A stretch of DNA of 64,000 bases from Acidimicrobiia bacterium UBA2766 (GTDB lineage Bacteria > Actinomycetota > Acidimicrobiia > UBA2766), in assembly GCA_002352645.1 (NCBI GenBank), contig DEIU01000039.1, forward strand, positions 67,656 through 131,655. The letters run 5' to 3'. The first letter of the stretch is position 1; the number at the start of each line of letters is the position of its first letter. Shown in pieces: positions 28,733 through 38,330 of this stretch. The translations under genes and the position numbers were made by a program. The notes below the pieces were generated by a model, which was not told the origin of the DNA, searched no databases, and worked only from the letters and a program-made list of their open reading frames with translations.

Positions 28733-30394
28733 TTGAAGCGAAAGTTGCATCTCATGACTGAGCGAGAAGCGTTGACCTTGCGTCCGGGACCTCACTTGCC
28801 TGAGTCTATTGAGATTTTCGACACAACCTTGCGAGACGGCACACAGCGTGAAGGTCTTTCGCTTAGCTTGCACGACAAATTTCGTATTGCGCGCAAACTC
28901 GACGAGCTTGGTGTGCACTACATCGAGGGCGGATGGCCGGGAGCAAACCCAAAAGACGACGAGTTTTTTCGTACTGCATCCCAGGAGCTGCAACTTGAAA
29001 CTTCGCAGCTCGTCGCGTTTGGCTCAACGCGACGAGCCGGGAAATCTCCCGAAGATGATCCTGTGCTTGCGAATCTCCTCCAGGCCAATACCCGATATGT
29101 CTGCATTGTGGGGAAGGCATGGGACTATCACGTGACCGAGGCATTGCGCACCACGCTTGATGAAGGTCTCAAGATGGTTGCCGATTCTGTGCGCTACCTA
29201 CGAGAACAAGGGAAATCCGTTTTTCTTGATGCCGAGCACTTCTTCGACGGCTGGAAATACAATCGTTCTTATGCACTTGAAGTGCTCACGGTTGCCGAAG
29301 AAGCCGGAGTGGAGTGCCTTGTGCTCTGCGATACAAATGGTGGGACCTTGCCATTTGAAGTCGCCCATATCGTAGATGACGTGCGTTCTCGTACTACTGT
29401 GCGCATCGGCGTGCACTTCCATAATGACGCTGATTGCGCGGTCGCGAACGCCCTTATTGCGGTGCAGTATGGGGCGGAACATGTGCAGGGCTGCATAAAC
29501 GGAATTGGAGAGCGCACAGGTAACGTCAATCTCAGCTCCATTATTCCTTCTCTTGCAATCAAACTCGGCGTGAAGTGCCTTGACCCCGACCAGCTCGCAA
29601 AGATTACTTCGGTGAGTCATGCAATTGCCGAAATCGCCAACATCACGCTTGATTCCCAGAAACCCTATGTGGGAGCGTCGGCCTTCGCGCACAAGGCCGG
29701 CTTGCACGCCTCGGCGTTGGTCCGTCGCCCGGACGCGTATGAGCATGTAAACCCTGGTCTCGTGGGCAACAGCACCCGCATGCTGATCTCAGAGCTTGCA
29801 GGCAGTGCGACTGTGGTCATGAAGGCAGAAGAGATGGGGATCGACCTGCATGGTGACAAACATCTGGCAAAAGAGATCCTGGACGAAGTAAAAAGGCTCG
29901 AACATCTCGGCTATCAGTTTGAGGCAGCTGATGGTTCTTTCGAATTGCTGGTGCGCGGTGCCACGGGATGGCAGCAGAAATTTTTTGAGCTCGAATCTTT
30001 CCGTCTCATTATGGAGAAGCGACAGGACGGGCAGACCATGACAGAGGCCACGGTCAAAGTGCTTTCCGGTGGAGATCGCCATATTGCGACTGCCGAGGGA
30101 AATGGTCCGGTGAACGCCTTGGACAATGCCCTGCGCCAGTGTATTGAACAGCATTATCCTGAGCTCGGTGATCTGCATCTTACGGACTACAAAGTGCGCG
30201 TCTTGGACGCGGCAAAGGCGACAGAGGCTGTGACGCGTGTGCTTATCGACACCACAGATGGTCTGACAGAGTGGAGCACCATCGGTGTGTCGGAAAACAT
30301 TATTGAAGCGTCCTGGCGGGCCTTGACGGATTCGATTGTGGTCGGCCTGCTACGTGCGCAAAAGCGCAACGAAAGCGCGACCAAGGCACAGTAA
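28733..30394 (+). CDS. cimA: (R)-citramalate synthase-like member of the LeuA/homocitrate synthase family
   Basis: IFDTTLRDGTQREGLSLSLHDKFRIARKLDELGVHYIEGGWPGANPKDDEFF (the GGWPG.NPKD signature is typical of CimA), plus a C-terminal LeuA-dimer regulatory domain. A canonical leuA is encoded separately. Confidence 0.85.
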   Translation: MKRKLHLMTEREALTLRPGPHLPESIEIFDTTLRDGTQREGLSLSLHDKFRIARKLDELGVHYIEGGWPGANPKDDEFFRTASQELQLETSQLVAFGSTRRAGKSPEDDPVLANLLQANTRYVCIVGKAWDYHVTEALRTTLDEGLKMVADSVRYLREQGKSVFLDAEHFFDGWKYNRSYALEVLTVAEEAGVECLVLCDTNGGTLPFEVAHIVDDVRSRTTVRIGVHFHNDADCAVANALIAVQYGAEHVQGCINGIGERTGNVNLSSIIPSLAIKLGVKCLDPDQLAKITSVSHAIAEIANITLDSQKPYVGASAFAHKAGLHASALVRRPDAYEHVNPGLVGNSTRMLISELAGSATVVMKAEEMGIDLHGDKHLAKEILDEVKRLEHLGYQFEAADGSFELLVRGATGWQQKFFELESFRLIMEKRQDGQTMTEATVKVLSGGDRHIATAEGNGPVNALDNALRQCIEQHYPELGDLHLTDYKVRVLDAAKATEAVTRVLIDTTDGLTEWSTIGVSENIIEASWRALTDSIVVGLLRAQKRNESATKAQ

Positions 30395-30764
30395 AACGCT
30401 CGTGCGAGGCCTGGGGAACAGGAAACCGGCAAAGCTCTAGGGTTTTTTCTCCTTGGTCTGGTTGGCTTGGTTTTTTGAGGCTTGTTTTTTCCACGTGCTG
30501 GAATGCTGTTTCGCGCGCAGTTTCTGGGCTTGCGAGAAGATGCGGTGAGGTCTTTTGCCGCAGTTGGACTTTGCCTTGCCCCTGGAAAAAACCTTTTTTT
30601 GCCCGGTGTTTTTTCCTTGGGTTGCGGAGTGTCCTTGGGATTGTCTTCCGTCTCTCGTCCTCGCTCCGTACAATGGGCACAGAATATTGTTTGTTCCGGT
30701 CAGTCATTGTGATGTGCTTTTTCAGGGCTGCGTCCTGGGCTGTTATCTCACAGGAGTGCAACAG

Positions 30765-31280
30765 GTGTCTACGAAACCACATGTTTCCCCGGAGCGCGAC
30801 ACTCGCTACCAAAAGACTTCTCTTCCTGCGCCTCGGCGCTGGAATGGGGCCCGTCCCGGAGAGGTGTACGCTGATCCAAGCGCTGTGATGTTTGGCACTC
30901 CCGGTCCTGACCAGGGATATGTGGCTAGGCTGCTTCCGTGTATTGTGGGACAGCTGATTCTCCCGAGCGGGATGGAGCAGCGGGACGCATCCCAGGCCGG
31001 CATCTCGCTTGCCTGCCGGCGGGCATCTCTTTTTGGTCGGGCACCAATGCTCGAGGATCTCGAAGTTGCGTTTCTTTTGCTTGGGCTGATGGGAGAGACG
31101 CCTGGGGACTGGTCGACGCTTGCTCCGGTGATTGCCGCGGCGGTCGATGGCGCCCGTTATACACCCACACAAACAGAACACTTCGCGCGAGCTGTGCTCT
31201 CTGAATGGCTCTGTTTGAGCCCGGAAAACCTGCGGCAACAACTTGCAACGGTCGGGCCGGCCTCTGCTTTTTCTCTCTGA
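30765..31280 (+). CDS. hypothetical protein (about 170 aa, helical)
   Basis: GTG start 8 nt after an AGGAG RBS. No recognisable motifs. The long antisense ORF 30300-31364 is Arg/Lys-rich and was rejected. Confidence 0.45.
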   Translation: MSTKPHVSPERDTRYQKTSLPAPRRWNGARPGEVYADPSAVMFGTPGPDQGYVARLLPCIVGQLILPSGMEQRDASQAGISLACRRASLFGRAPMLEDLEVAFLLLGLMGETPGDWSTLAPVIAAAVDGARYTPTQTEHFARAVLSEWLCLSPENLRQQLATVGPASAFSL

Positions 31281-31415
31281 GACAACTTGCCAGAGAAAGC
31301 TTGATCGAGCAAAGAGGCAAAATGGCCTGGTCTGGTCTACGGGAAGTGTGCATCCGGGGAGCACCGCCCATTTTCCGAGGAGATCGTTGGGAATGCTGTC
31401 GTGCGTGTTGCTGTT

Positions 31416-32165
31416 TCAGCTTTTTTCGGCGACGAGTACAGCTTTTTCGTGCGGTGTTGGCGGGATTTCCCCAAGGCCTCCGTAGCAGTGCACCTCACAA
31501 AATCCTGCTTCTTGCAGGGTTTCCACAAGTTTGGTGAGAGAGTAGATTTGTTGATGGCGGGAGAATTCGCTGCGTGTGCCGTCTGGCGCGACAACGGTGA
31601 GCTTGCTGTGTAGCTGCCCGCTCACAATGTCGAATTGTCCTTGTTTCAGGATAATGGTGTCGTCTGGTCGGATTTCCCAGGCGTTTTCCGGCATGATGGT
31701 CGTCATGTCGCGGTGCATGGTCTCAATCAGGAATTTTCCTCCTGGGCGGAGCACGCGGTGGGCTTCCCGCAAGACGGCCATATTTTCGCGGTCGTCGGCG
31801 AAGAGCCCAATAGAAGTCGCCAGATTGAGGACAGCATCGACGGTATTGTCTTCGACGGGAAGAGACCGCAGGTCTCCCTGTTGGAGTTGGAGAGACACGC
31901 CAGAGGCTTGTGCCCGGGATTTGGCTTCTTCCAAAAGGAATTCGTCAAGGTCTATACCCAGTACTGAGAAACCCCAGGCTGCAAGGCGAACGGCATGCCG
32001 TCCAAAGCCACACGGCGCATCTAAAATCACTGCTCCCGGTGTGAGACGAAGCAGCTTCCAGACGGCTTCGGCTTCGGCTTCGGCCTGTTGATCGAGCAGA
32101 TCAATTTCCCTGCTGCGCTGGTGATATTCTCCATACTCGCGCCACCATTCGTTCATAGGGGCCAT
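31416..32165 (-). CDS. class I SAM-dependent methyltransferase (Methyltransf_11-like)
   Basis: Motif I VILDAPCGFGRHAVRLAAWGFSVLGIDLD, motif post-I/II DAVLN, LRPGGKFLI. Immediately downstream of, and co-oriented with, the CheX-like gene. Confidence 0.8.
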   Translation of the reverse strand: MAPMNEWWREYGEYHQRSREIDLLDQQAEAEAEAVWKLLRLTPGAVILDAPCGFGRHAVRLAAWGFSVLGIDLDEFLLEEAKSRAQASGVSLQLQQGDLRSLPVEDNTVDAVLNLATSIGLFADDRENMAVLREAHRVLRPGGKFLIETMHRDMTTIMPENAWEIRPDDTIILKQGQFDIVSGQLHSKLTVVAPDGTRSEFSRHQQIYSLTKLVETLQEAGFCEVHCYGGLGEIPPTPHEKAVLVAEKS

Positions 32166-32235
32166 GCTAGTCGGGATGCATGACCCTGGTTGATCGGGAC
32201 GCGCCCAGCCTTGGTGCAGGTGCACGAAGGGACTC

Positions 32236-33255
32236 TCAATTTTCACTTACGATTTCGCACCAGAAGGATCCGGCTGGAGTCGCCATGAGAAGGTGCTGGG
32301 CTATTTGCCCTTTTCCGATGGCCATGCAGAGTTCTTCACCCGACATCACAGTCGGAATCGAAAGCATGGCTTCAATATCGAGATTATGCAGTCGGGCTGC
32401 GATATCGCCCGCGACCACGTTCACGATTTCACCAATCGCGTCGCGAATATCATCGGTTTCATCGGGAGCAAGCTCGAACCCGATGAAGCTGCTTGCCATG
32501 CGATACGCCTCGTGTTCATGGAACACCATGCGTAATTGCCAGGAGGCTGTTCCCCCGAAACCTAGAATGCCTGCGATCGCGTCGGCAGTGGGGATCATGT
32601 CGGTTCGTACGTGAGCGATCTCCTTCCAACTGCATGCTTCAGCAAGTGTTTCACTCACGCTGGCAGCGACGGTTTCTGTCACGGTCTCGAGAAAGTCAGG
32701 AAGCGTGGTCCATTTGAAATGAGAGGAGGTATCTGCGGGTTCTGCTGGATTTTCTTGAGGTTTTTTTTCGGTTCTCGTGATGCCGCAAGAGAACTCTCCA
32801 TCTGGAATACGAAAGATGGCCCATTTTTCTTGCTGGTTTGATGGGGTCGAGAAAACGATGTCGCGTGCGCGCATCGTGGTAGGGAGTGTGAGCTCGAGCT
32901 TGTGGCGACGCGCTGTTTCGCTGTTGGTGTATTGTCCTGCGACCACATTGACAAATTCTCCGATAATGTCGAAGAGGTCGTCGAGTAAGTTGTCGATTTC
33001 TGTGGCGAAGAAGTGTTTTGCCAAGGTCTGGATAAGGCTTGGCCGGCATACAATGCGGATTTGACAAGGCAGCTCGCCCGCCAAAGGCATAACCCCAATC
33101 AGAACATCGCCTTTTGGGGCCTTATCGGAGATTTTGAATGGCACCCATTCCCAATCGGCGCCAGAGCGAAGGGTCTCTTCGACTGCTTTGAAGACCTCCT
33201 CCGCTATTTCCGAAATTCCTGTTTCAGAATCTTCAATGGTGTCTTGGGTTCCCAT
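32236..33255 (-). CDS. tandem CheC/CheX-like (two-domain) protein
   Basis: Two internal repeats, each carrying the CheC/CheX phosphatase-type motif D..IGE.VNVVAG (DDLFDIIGEFVNVVAGQY and RDAIGEIVNVVAGDIA). Confidence 0.7.
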   Translation of the reverse strand: MGTQDTIEDSETGISEIAEEVFKAVEETLRSGADWEWVPFKISDKAPKGDVLIGVMPLAGELPCQIRIVCRPSLIQTLAKHFFATEIDNLLDDLFDIIGEFVNVVAGQYTNSETARRHKLELTLPTTMRARDIVFSTPSNQQEKWAIFRIPDGEFSCGITRTEKKPQENPAEPADTSSHFKWTTLPDFLETVTETVAASVSETLAEACSWKEIAHVRTDMIPTADAIAGILGFGGTASWQLRMVFHEHEAYRMASSFIGFELAPDETDDIRDAIGEIVNVVAGDIAARLHNLDIEAMLSIPTVMSGEELCMAIGKGQIAQHLLMATPAGSFWCEIVSEN

Positions 33256-33443
33256 GTAGCACTTCTCGGAATTTTAGCGAGAGAGCTTGACCGAGAATCG
33301 CAAAGGAACATGAGAATTGGGGATGTTCAACAGGTTTTGCTGTGGTTTTTTCGTGAGATTTGCGAGAGAGAATGGCGAAATGAGATGCCCAGCCTATAAC
33401 TGGTTTGGCAGAAAAATGAGAACCCGTTACACTGACTCCGTTT

Positions 33444-33515
33444 TCGGGGGTGGTGTAATTGGCAACACACGTGGTTCTGGTCCACGCATTGGGGGTTCGA
33501 GTCCTCCCTCCCGAG
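33444..33515 (+). tRNA. tRNA-Gln (anticodon CTG)
   Basis: Manual fold: acceptor tcggggg/ctcccga (one G-U), D-stem gtgt/acac, anticodon stem cgtgg/ccacg with loop ttCTGgt, T-arm ggggg-ttcgagt-cctcc, discriminator G. 72 nt. Confidence 0.88.
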
Positions 33516-33530
33516 CTTTGCCCCCGCTTT

Positions 33531-33604
33531 GCCCCCATGGTCTAGCGGCCTAGGACGCCGCCCTCTCAAGGCGGATGCCGCCGGTTCGAATCCGGCTGGG
33601 GGCG
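33531..33604 (+). tRNA. tRNA-Glu (anticodon CTC)
   Basis: Acceptor gccccca/tgggggc, anticodon arm ccgcc-ctCTCaa-ggcgg, T-arm gccgg-ttcgaat-ccggc. Closely resembles the E. coli tRNA-Glu layout. CCA not encoded. Confidence 0.9.
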
Positions 33605-33610
33605 CACCAA

Positions 33611-33647
33611 GAACCCGCAGGTGACACGCCTGCGGGTTCTTTTTTTC
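33611..33647 (+). terminator. rho-independent terminator after the tRNA pair
   Basis: gaacccgcagg-tgacacg-cctgcgggttc followed by tttttttt. Confidence 0.85.
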
Positions 33648-33907
33648 CCGTCCGAAAATCCGCAGGGATTGCCGGCTCGCTTCTGCTGTAGCGGATGAGA
33701 TCTCGTTTCGGTCTGCGCGCGCCGGCCGTGCCGGTCACTATGGATGCGGGGCCTCTGCCGGCTGCGTCTTTGCGTATCCCCGGACATACGGGTCGTACTG
33801 TTTTGTCTGACTGCGTTGCTTGTCGCGAACCCGAGATATTGGATACGTATTTGTTTTTAGGCTGATTTGGAGATGGCGATCTTCTTCCTCTTTGTGGTCG
33901 GGGGGGG

Positions 33908-35308
33908 ATGTTTGTGACGGTAGTGGTAGGGGAAGATGTTTGCAATGGCATAAGATTGCGTGCGTGGTGGCGGGTGGTGGTTACCGGGATGACCGGGGTT
34001 GCCGGAGGTTTTGTGTCAGGGAGCGGACAGCAGGAAAACGGGTTGTCGGAACTTGGCTTTGACAGTGAGGAGAGCCCGTTTCCTTTTCAAGCTTTTCGTG
34101 AGCGGACTTTTGCGGCTTTCCGTCATCGGTCTTTTCGTTGGGTTTTTTCGGGGATGACTGTTTCTACCGTGGGCACTTGGCTGCATCAAGCCGTTGTCGG
34201 TTTTTTGGTGCAAGAGCAGTTTCACAATCCAACGCTGACCGGCCTGGTGTCGACAGTGCAGTTTGCTCCGACGCTTGTGCTTGGGCTGTTTGGCGGGCTC
34301 CTTGCAGACCGGTACAACCGCCGTGATCTATTGAGGTTTCTCCTGCTATTTGAGCTGGTGTGTTCGGCTTTTTTGGCATGGGCACTTTGGAAGGATCAGG
34401 CGTCTTTGGGGGTCTTTTACTCTGTCACTTTTCTTTTGGGTGCCGCCTTTGCATTGCGCGGCCCAGCCCAGTTTGCTCTTTTGCCCTCACTTGTTGCTGA
34501 ACAAGAGGTGTCGAGCGCGATCAGTTTGAACAGTATCCAGTTCAACACAGGTCGTGTGATCGGGCCTTTTCTGGGTGGGGCGATGCTGGAAACAGTGGGA
34601 GCAGCAGCAACGATTGCGGTTGATGCCTGCACCTATTTGTGTTTTTTACTGGCCTTGCAGTTCGGTCTCACTGGGCCCAAAAGGAAAAAGCATCCTAGGC
34701 AGAAAGGGCAGGGGGGCGTGTGGGAAGGCGTGCGCTATGTGTGGGCTCGGCCCTGGTTGCTCGGAGTGTTTCTTTTGCTTGCCGTACAAGGCTTGTGTGC
34801 TGCCCACATCATCACTTTGTTGCCGGCGTATGCCGAAGGGGATCTTGGTCTGGGCCCGAGTGGGTTTGGTCGTTTGCTGGCAGCAATTGGCATTGGCGGA
34901 GTGGCTGGGGCGATGCTCTCGGCAGGCGTGGTGGAACGAGTGCCGAGACACCTCCTCGGACCGAGTGTGCTTGTCGCAAATGGGATAGTGCTTCTCGGTG
35001 TATCTGCTGCCCGTTCCCTCTGGATCGTGCAAATCATGTTTGTCTTTGTTGGCGTGTTCTACATCGGGGGGCGGACCTTGCTGAACACAGCGGTGCAGAT
35101 GGGGATTGTGGATGAGATGCGGGGACGGGTGAGTGCGCTCTGGATTGTTGTATTCACTGGATCTTTTGCCTTGGCTGCCCCTTTCTGGGGGCTTCTCTCT
35201 GATCGGATTGAGACTTCAACTTCGTATTTTATTGGGGGAGTGGCGTGTCTCAGCTTTGGTGGTTTGGCGTTTACGCGTCTTTCTTGGCTGGAGCGCCCGG
35301 CGCGTTGA
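33908..35308 (+). CDS. MFS transporter
   Basis: About 12 predicted TM helices with MFS signature regions (FRHRSFRWVFSGMTVSTVGTW, GGLLADRYNRR). Start uncertain (possibly near 33989). Confidence 0.8.
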   Translation: MFVTVVVGEDVCNGIRLRAWWRVVVTGMTGVAGGFVSGSGQQENGLSELGFDSEESPFPFQAFRERTFAAFRHRSFRWVFSGMTVSTVGTWLHQAVVGFLVQEQFHNPTLTGLVSTVQFAPTLVLGLFGGLLADRYNRRDLLRFLLLFELVCSAFLAWALWKDQASLGVFYSVTFLLGAAFALRGPAQFALLPSLVAEQEVSSAISLNSIQFNTGRVIGPFLGGAMLETVGAAATIAVDACTYLCFLLALQFGLTGPKRKKHPRQKGQGGVWEGVRYVWARPWLLGVFLLLAVQGLCAAHIITLLPAYAEGDLGLGPSGFGRLLAAIGIGGVAGAMLSAGVVERVPRHLLGPSVLVANGIVLLGVSAARSLWIVQIMFVFVGVFYIGGRTLLNTAVQMGIVDEMRGRVSALWIVVFTGSFALAAPFWGLLSDRIETSTSYFIGGVACLSFGGLAFTRLSWLERPAR

Positions 35309-36110
35309 CCCCGGCGCGTTGATGGGCATTTGCGGGTCGTTCAGTGACACGTGTGTCGCTTCCGGAAGTATTGTTGGCGGGTTTTCTTCTCGGGTGCTTT
35401 GCCTGTAGTGGCGTGGGCTGCCGGCGGTCTGGGCTTTTTCTGTGATCTTTTTATGACATTGCCTTCCGGTGTGGGGAAACAAAACGCGCGAGTAATGCAA
35501 AATCCTGTTTTTTTGCAGTCTCCTCCCGCGATTTTTCGCAAAAGGTGATATTGCTTTTTTTGCTGCCGATCGCTCTCCGTGAAGCCATGCATGCCCGCTA
35601 CTTCAAGAGATCCTCTGGATGGAAGCCTCGTGTGGAAGAGAAAAACTTTTCTCGCCTTTTCTCACAAGGTGGTGGCCACAATTGGATGAACTGACTGGAT
35701 GGCCAAAGGCCATGAGAGGCCACAAAAGGTGACAAGGCAGTGTGCTTGTTCCTGGTTGGTTCCTGGAAAGGAACACGGAAAGGAACACGCAAGATCGCTG
35801 GTCGATCGGTCAGGCAAAGTCATTCTGGAGCGAGAGGTGGAGCGAGAGGCCAGGATTCCTCGGAGGAGAGCGGTTGGGTGTCGACAATGACGCGAAAAAG
35901 GCTGCGCCAAATGATCCTGGCAAATGACTCTGTCGAGCCGCCGGTCTTGTGGAGAATGTGCTGGAGCGCGAAGACTGGGGTTGCGCCGGAGGGCGCTGTC
36001 GGTATCAGAGCTTTGTGGCGCTTGCCCAGGCAGCTGGTCAGAGGCCGGATAAACGACTGACGGGCATGGTTTCAGTGTGGAATAAGAGTGCTTTGCAATA
36101 GGAGGTGCCG

Positions 36111-36683
36111 GTGAACAGGACAGAGCTCGTCAAGTCGGTTGCTGAACAATCCAATCTGACGGTAAAAGAAACTGGGGTTGTGATCGACAGCCTTATCGAC
36201 ACGGTGGAGCGTCAGGTCAAGAAGGGGGAGCGAGTCACGATTCCGGGTTTTGGTACCTGGGAACGCCGTCGAAAAAGCGCCCGTACTGGACGGAACCCGC
36301 AGACAGGAGAGCCTCTTAAAATCAAAGCATACAATGCTCCCGCTTTTCGTCCTGGCCAGACATTCAAGGATATTGTGGCAGGCAGGGTGAAAATGCCGGT
36401 CGTTCCCAAGAAGCGGAGCACCGCAGCACGCGCGGCAGTCGTAAGGAAGGCTCCTGGAAGAGTCGCGGCAAAAGCAGCCGTTCCAAAGAGAGCCGGAGCA
36501 GCTACGAGAGCGGGAGCGGCCACAAAGGTCCCGAAACGTGCTTCTTCCCGTGTCGGATCCACTGTTCGTGCGGTTTCGAGTGCACAATCGCTTAAAGGCG
36601 CAAGGGGAGGAGCCGCAAAAAAGACCGGCGGAAAAGCTGTGGGAAAGAAAGAACCGCGGGCGTCTGGAGCAAGAAAGCGCTGA
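36111..36683 (+). CDS. hupB: HU-family DNA-binding protein with C-terminal Lys/Ala/Pro-rich (histone H1-like) tail
   Basis: HU fold (RTELVKSVAEQSNLTVKE...GERVTIPGFGTWERRRKSARTGRNPQTGEPLKIKAYNAPAFRPG), then about 100 aa of AAKAAVPKRAGAATRAGAATKVPKR-type repeats. This architecture is typical of actinobacterial HupB/Hlp. GTG start after a GGAGG RBS. Confidence 0.9.
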   Translation: MNRTELVKSVAEQSNLTVKETGVVIDSLIDTVERQVKKGERVTIPGFGTWERRRKSARTGRNPQTGEPLKIKAYNAPAFRPGQTFKDIVAGRVKMPVVPKKRSTAARAAVVRKAPGRVAAKAAVPKRAGAATRAGAATKVPKRASSRVGSTVRAVSSAQSLKGARGGAAKKTGGKAVGKKEPRASGARKR

Positions 36684-36760
36684 CATGTGATTTGCCGCAA
36701 GCTGAGCAGCTGAACACACGCGAGGGCCGGCAGGCCAATTTATTACTGCTCCTCGCCGAA

Positions 36761-36790
36761 AAACCCCAAAGTACTTTGGGGTTTTTCGTT
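36761..36790 (+). terminator. rho-independent terminator downstream of hupB
   Basis: aaaaccccaaag-ta-ctttggggttttt followed by cgtttgtg. Palindromic with flanking A- and T-runs, so possibly bidirectional. Confidence 0.8.
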
Positions 36791-37523
36791 TGTGTCCTGC
36801 GGAAAGCAGAGGAATCTGGGGCTGGAGTATACAGCGGGCGCTGGGTGGGGCGGTGTCCGTGGAGGTTGTGGGTGTGCTCGTGACGAGCAGGGTCTCACCT
36901 GTATCTTCTGTTCTGTGGAAAGAAATGGGGAAACTGGAAGGGCTTGCTGATTACTCAATGAGTGAGTGCGGCGATCAGGACAGGAGTCCTGCGTTTTCGA
37001 GATCCGAACGAACCTTCGGGATCTGCTTGCTGCATTTACTCCAATTTTGTGTCTCCCACTGGATTTGCCCAGTCACAATGCTGGGATGGACTTGATAGTG
37101 CAACGCTGCTGCATTGATCGCCGATCTCGATGGGCATGAGTGTCCTACAGGACGGTTAGGTTCTGGTCACCGGCATGATCGCCGGCCGGGGGGATACATG
37201 TAACAGTCCTGGCTACGATCATTGATGTGCAGGGCCAGGATGGGCGATACCCAGCTTGAGAATGGGCATCGCGGGCGACAACAGTGCGGTGTGCTCATGT
37301 GGGGGAATCCTGAGCAGACGGCGATTGCAAAAAATTGTATCCGGTCCCATTGGGTGTTTCTGTTTGGCTGCCTCCGTGCTGGGATCGTGTTCTTGGAAGA
37401 GACGACCCGGTTGCAGGAATGACCTGGGAAGCGAGTCGTTTCCATGCCCGTTCCCGATCGCAGAACGCTTGCTTCCGATTTCCCTGTTTCTCACGGGAGG
37501 GTGTGCTGGTGGCGGGCAGGGGC

Positions 37524-38330
37524 TTAGGTGCGGAGTTTTTTGAAGACTTCGGCGTGTGGGAGGTTGAAAGGTTTTCCCGACTCTTGCGTCCATTCGTGTA
37601 CGCGTGTTTGGAAGGCAGCGATTCCTTGGGGGTCGGCTTTTCCCTTTAGGTCTCTTTTGATGTCCATTGTTGATTTGTATTGGGTTTTGTGGGAGAGGAG
37701 TGCCGCTATTTTGTCTTCCAGGGTGTGGGATATTTCTTCGGCGTGATCAGGGGTGTTGGTCTCGAAAAGGAAAAGCTTGTCCGGGCGATGGGCGGGGAGT
37801 CCGGAATCGGGGTAGACCGAGGGTTCTCGGGCTGCGGTGACTGCGTCGCACGCGAGGAAGCCGGCTTCTCGGTGGTCGGGGTGTAGGCGGTAGGGTTTCC
37901 AGGGGTCGTGTGCGAAGATGACGGTCGGGCGAATCTCTCGTATCCAGAGGGCGACTTCTCTGCGGGTGTCGAGATTGTTGACGAGGAATCCGTCTTCGAA
38001 GCCGGCGAAGTCGACGCGTTGTACTCCGATGGCCTCTGCTGCGGCGCGTTGTTCTTTTTGGCGCAAGAGGACGAGGTCTTCTGAGGAAATGTCTCCCCAG
38101 GAGCCCTTGGACCCGTCTGTGAGGACGAGGTACGCGCAGAAAGTCCCGGCTTTTGCCCATTTGGCGAAGGTTCCCGCGACGAAGAATTCGGCGTCATCAG
38201 GGTGGGCACAGATGGCGAGGGCGCGTGCGGGGGCTGCCATGTTTGTTGTGGGAGTCTGGGCTTCTTGCACTGTGGCGTTTGTGACTTGGGTTTGACCGGC
38301 TTGGCGTTCCGGGCCCCAGGCCCGTGTCAT
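37524..38330 (-). CDS. PIG-L/LmbE-family N-acetylglucosaminyl deacetylase (MshB/Mca-like)
   Basis: AICAHPDDAEFFVAGT ... HPDH motifs of the LmbE family. Its start overlaps the cofC stop in an ATGA arrangement (translational coupling). Confidence 0.8.
   Translation of the reverse strand: MTRAWGPERQAGQTQVTNATVQEAQTPTTNMAAPARALAICAHPDDAEFFVAGTFAKWAKAGTFCAYLVLTDGSKGSWGDISSEDLVLLRQKEQRAAAEAIGVQRVDFAGFEDGFLVNNLDTRREVALWIREIRPTVIFAHDPWKPYRLHPDHREAGFLACDAVTAAREPSVYPDSGLPAHRPDKLFLFETNTPDHAEEISHTLEDKIAALLSHKTQYKSTMDIKRDLKGKADPQGIAAFQTRVHEWTQESGKPFNLPHAEVFKKLRT

Noticed and set aside
33444-35308. tRNA-Gln/tRNA-Glu pair as an integration site for a genomic island.
   Set aside because: No integrase, direct repeat of the tRNA 3' end, or compositional shift downstream. 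The tRNAs are followed by an ordinary MFS transporter and hupB.
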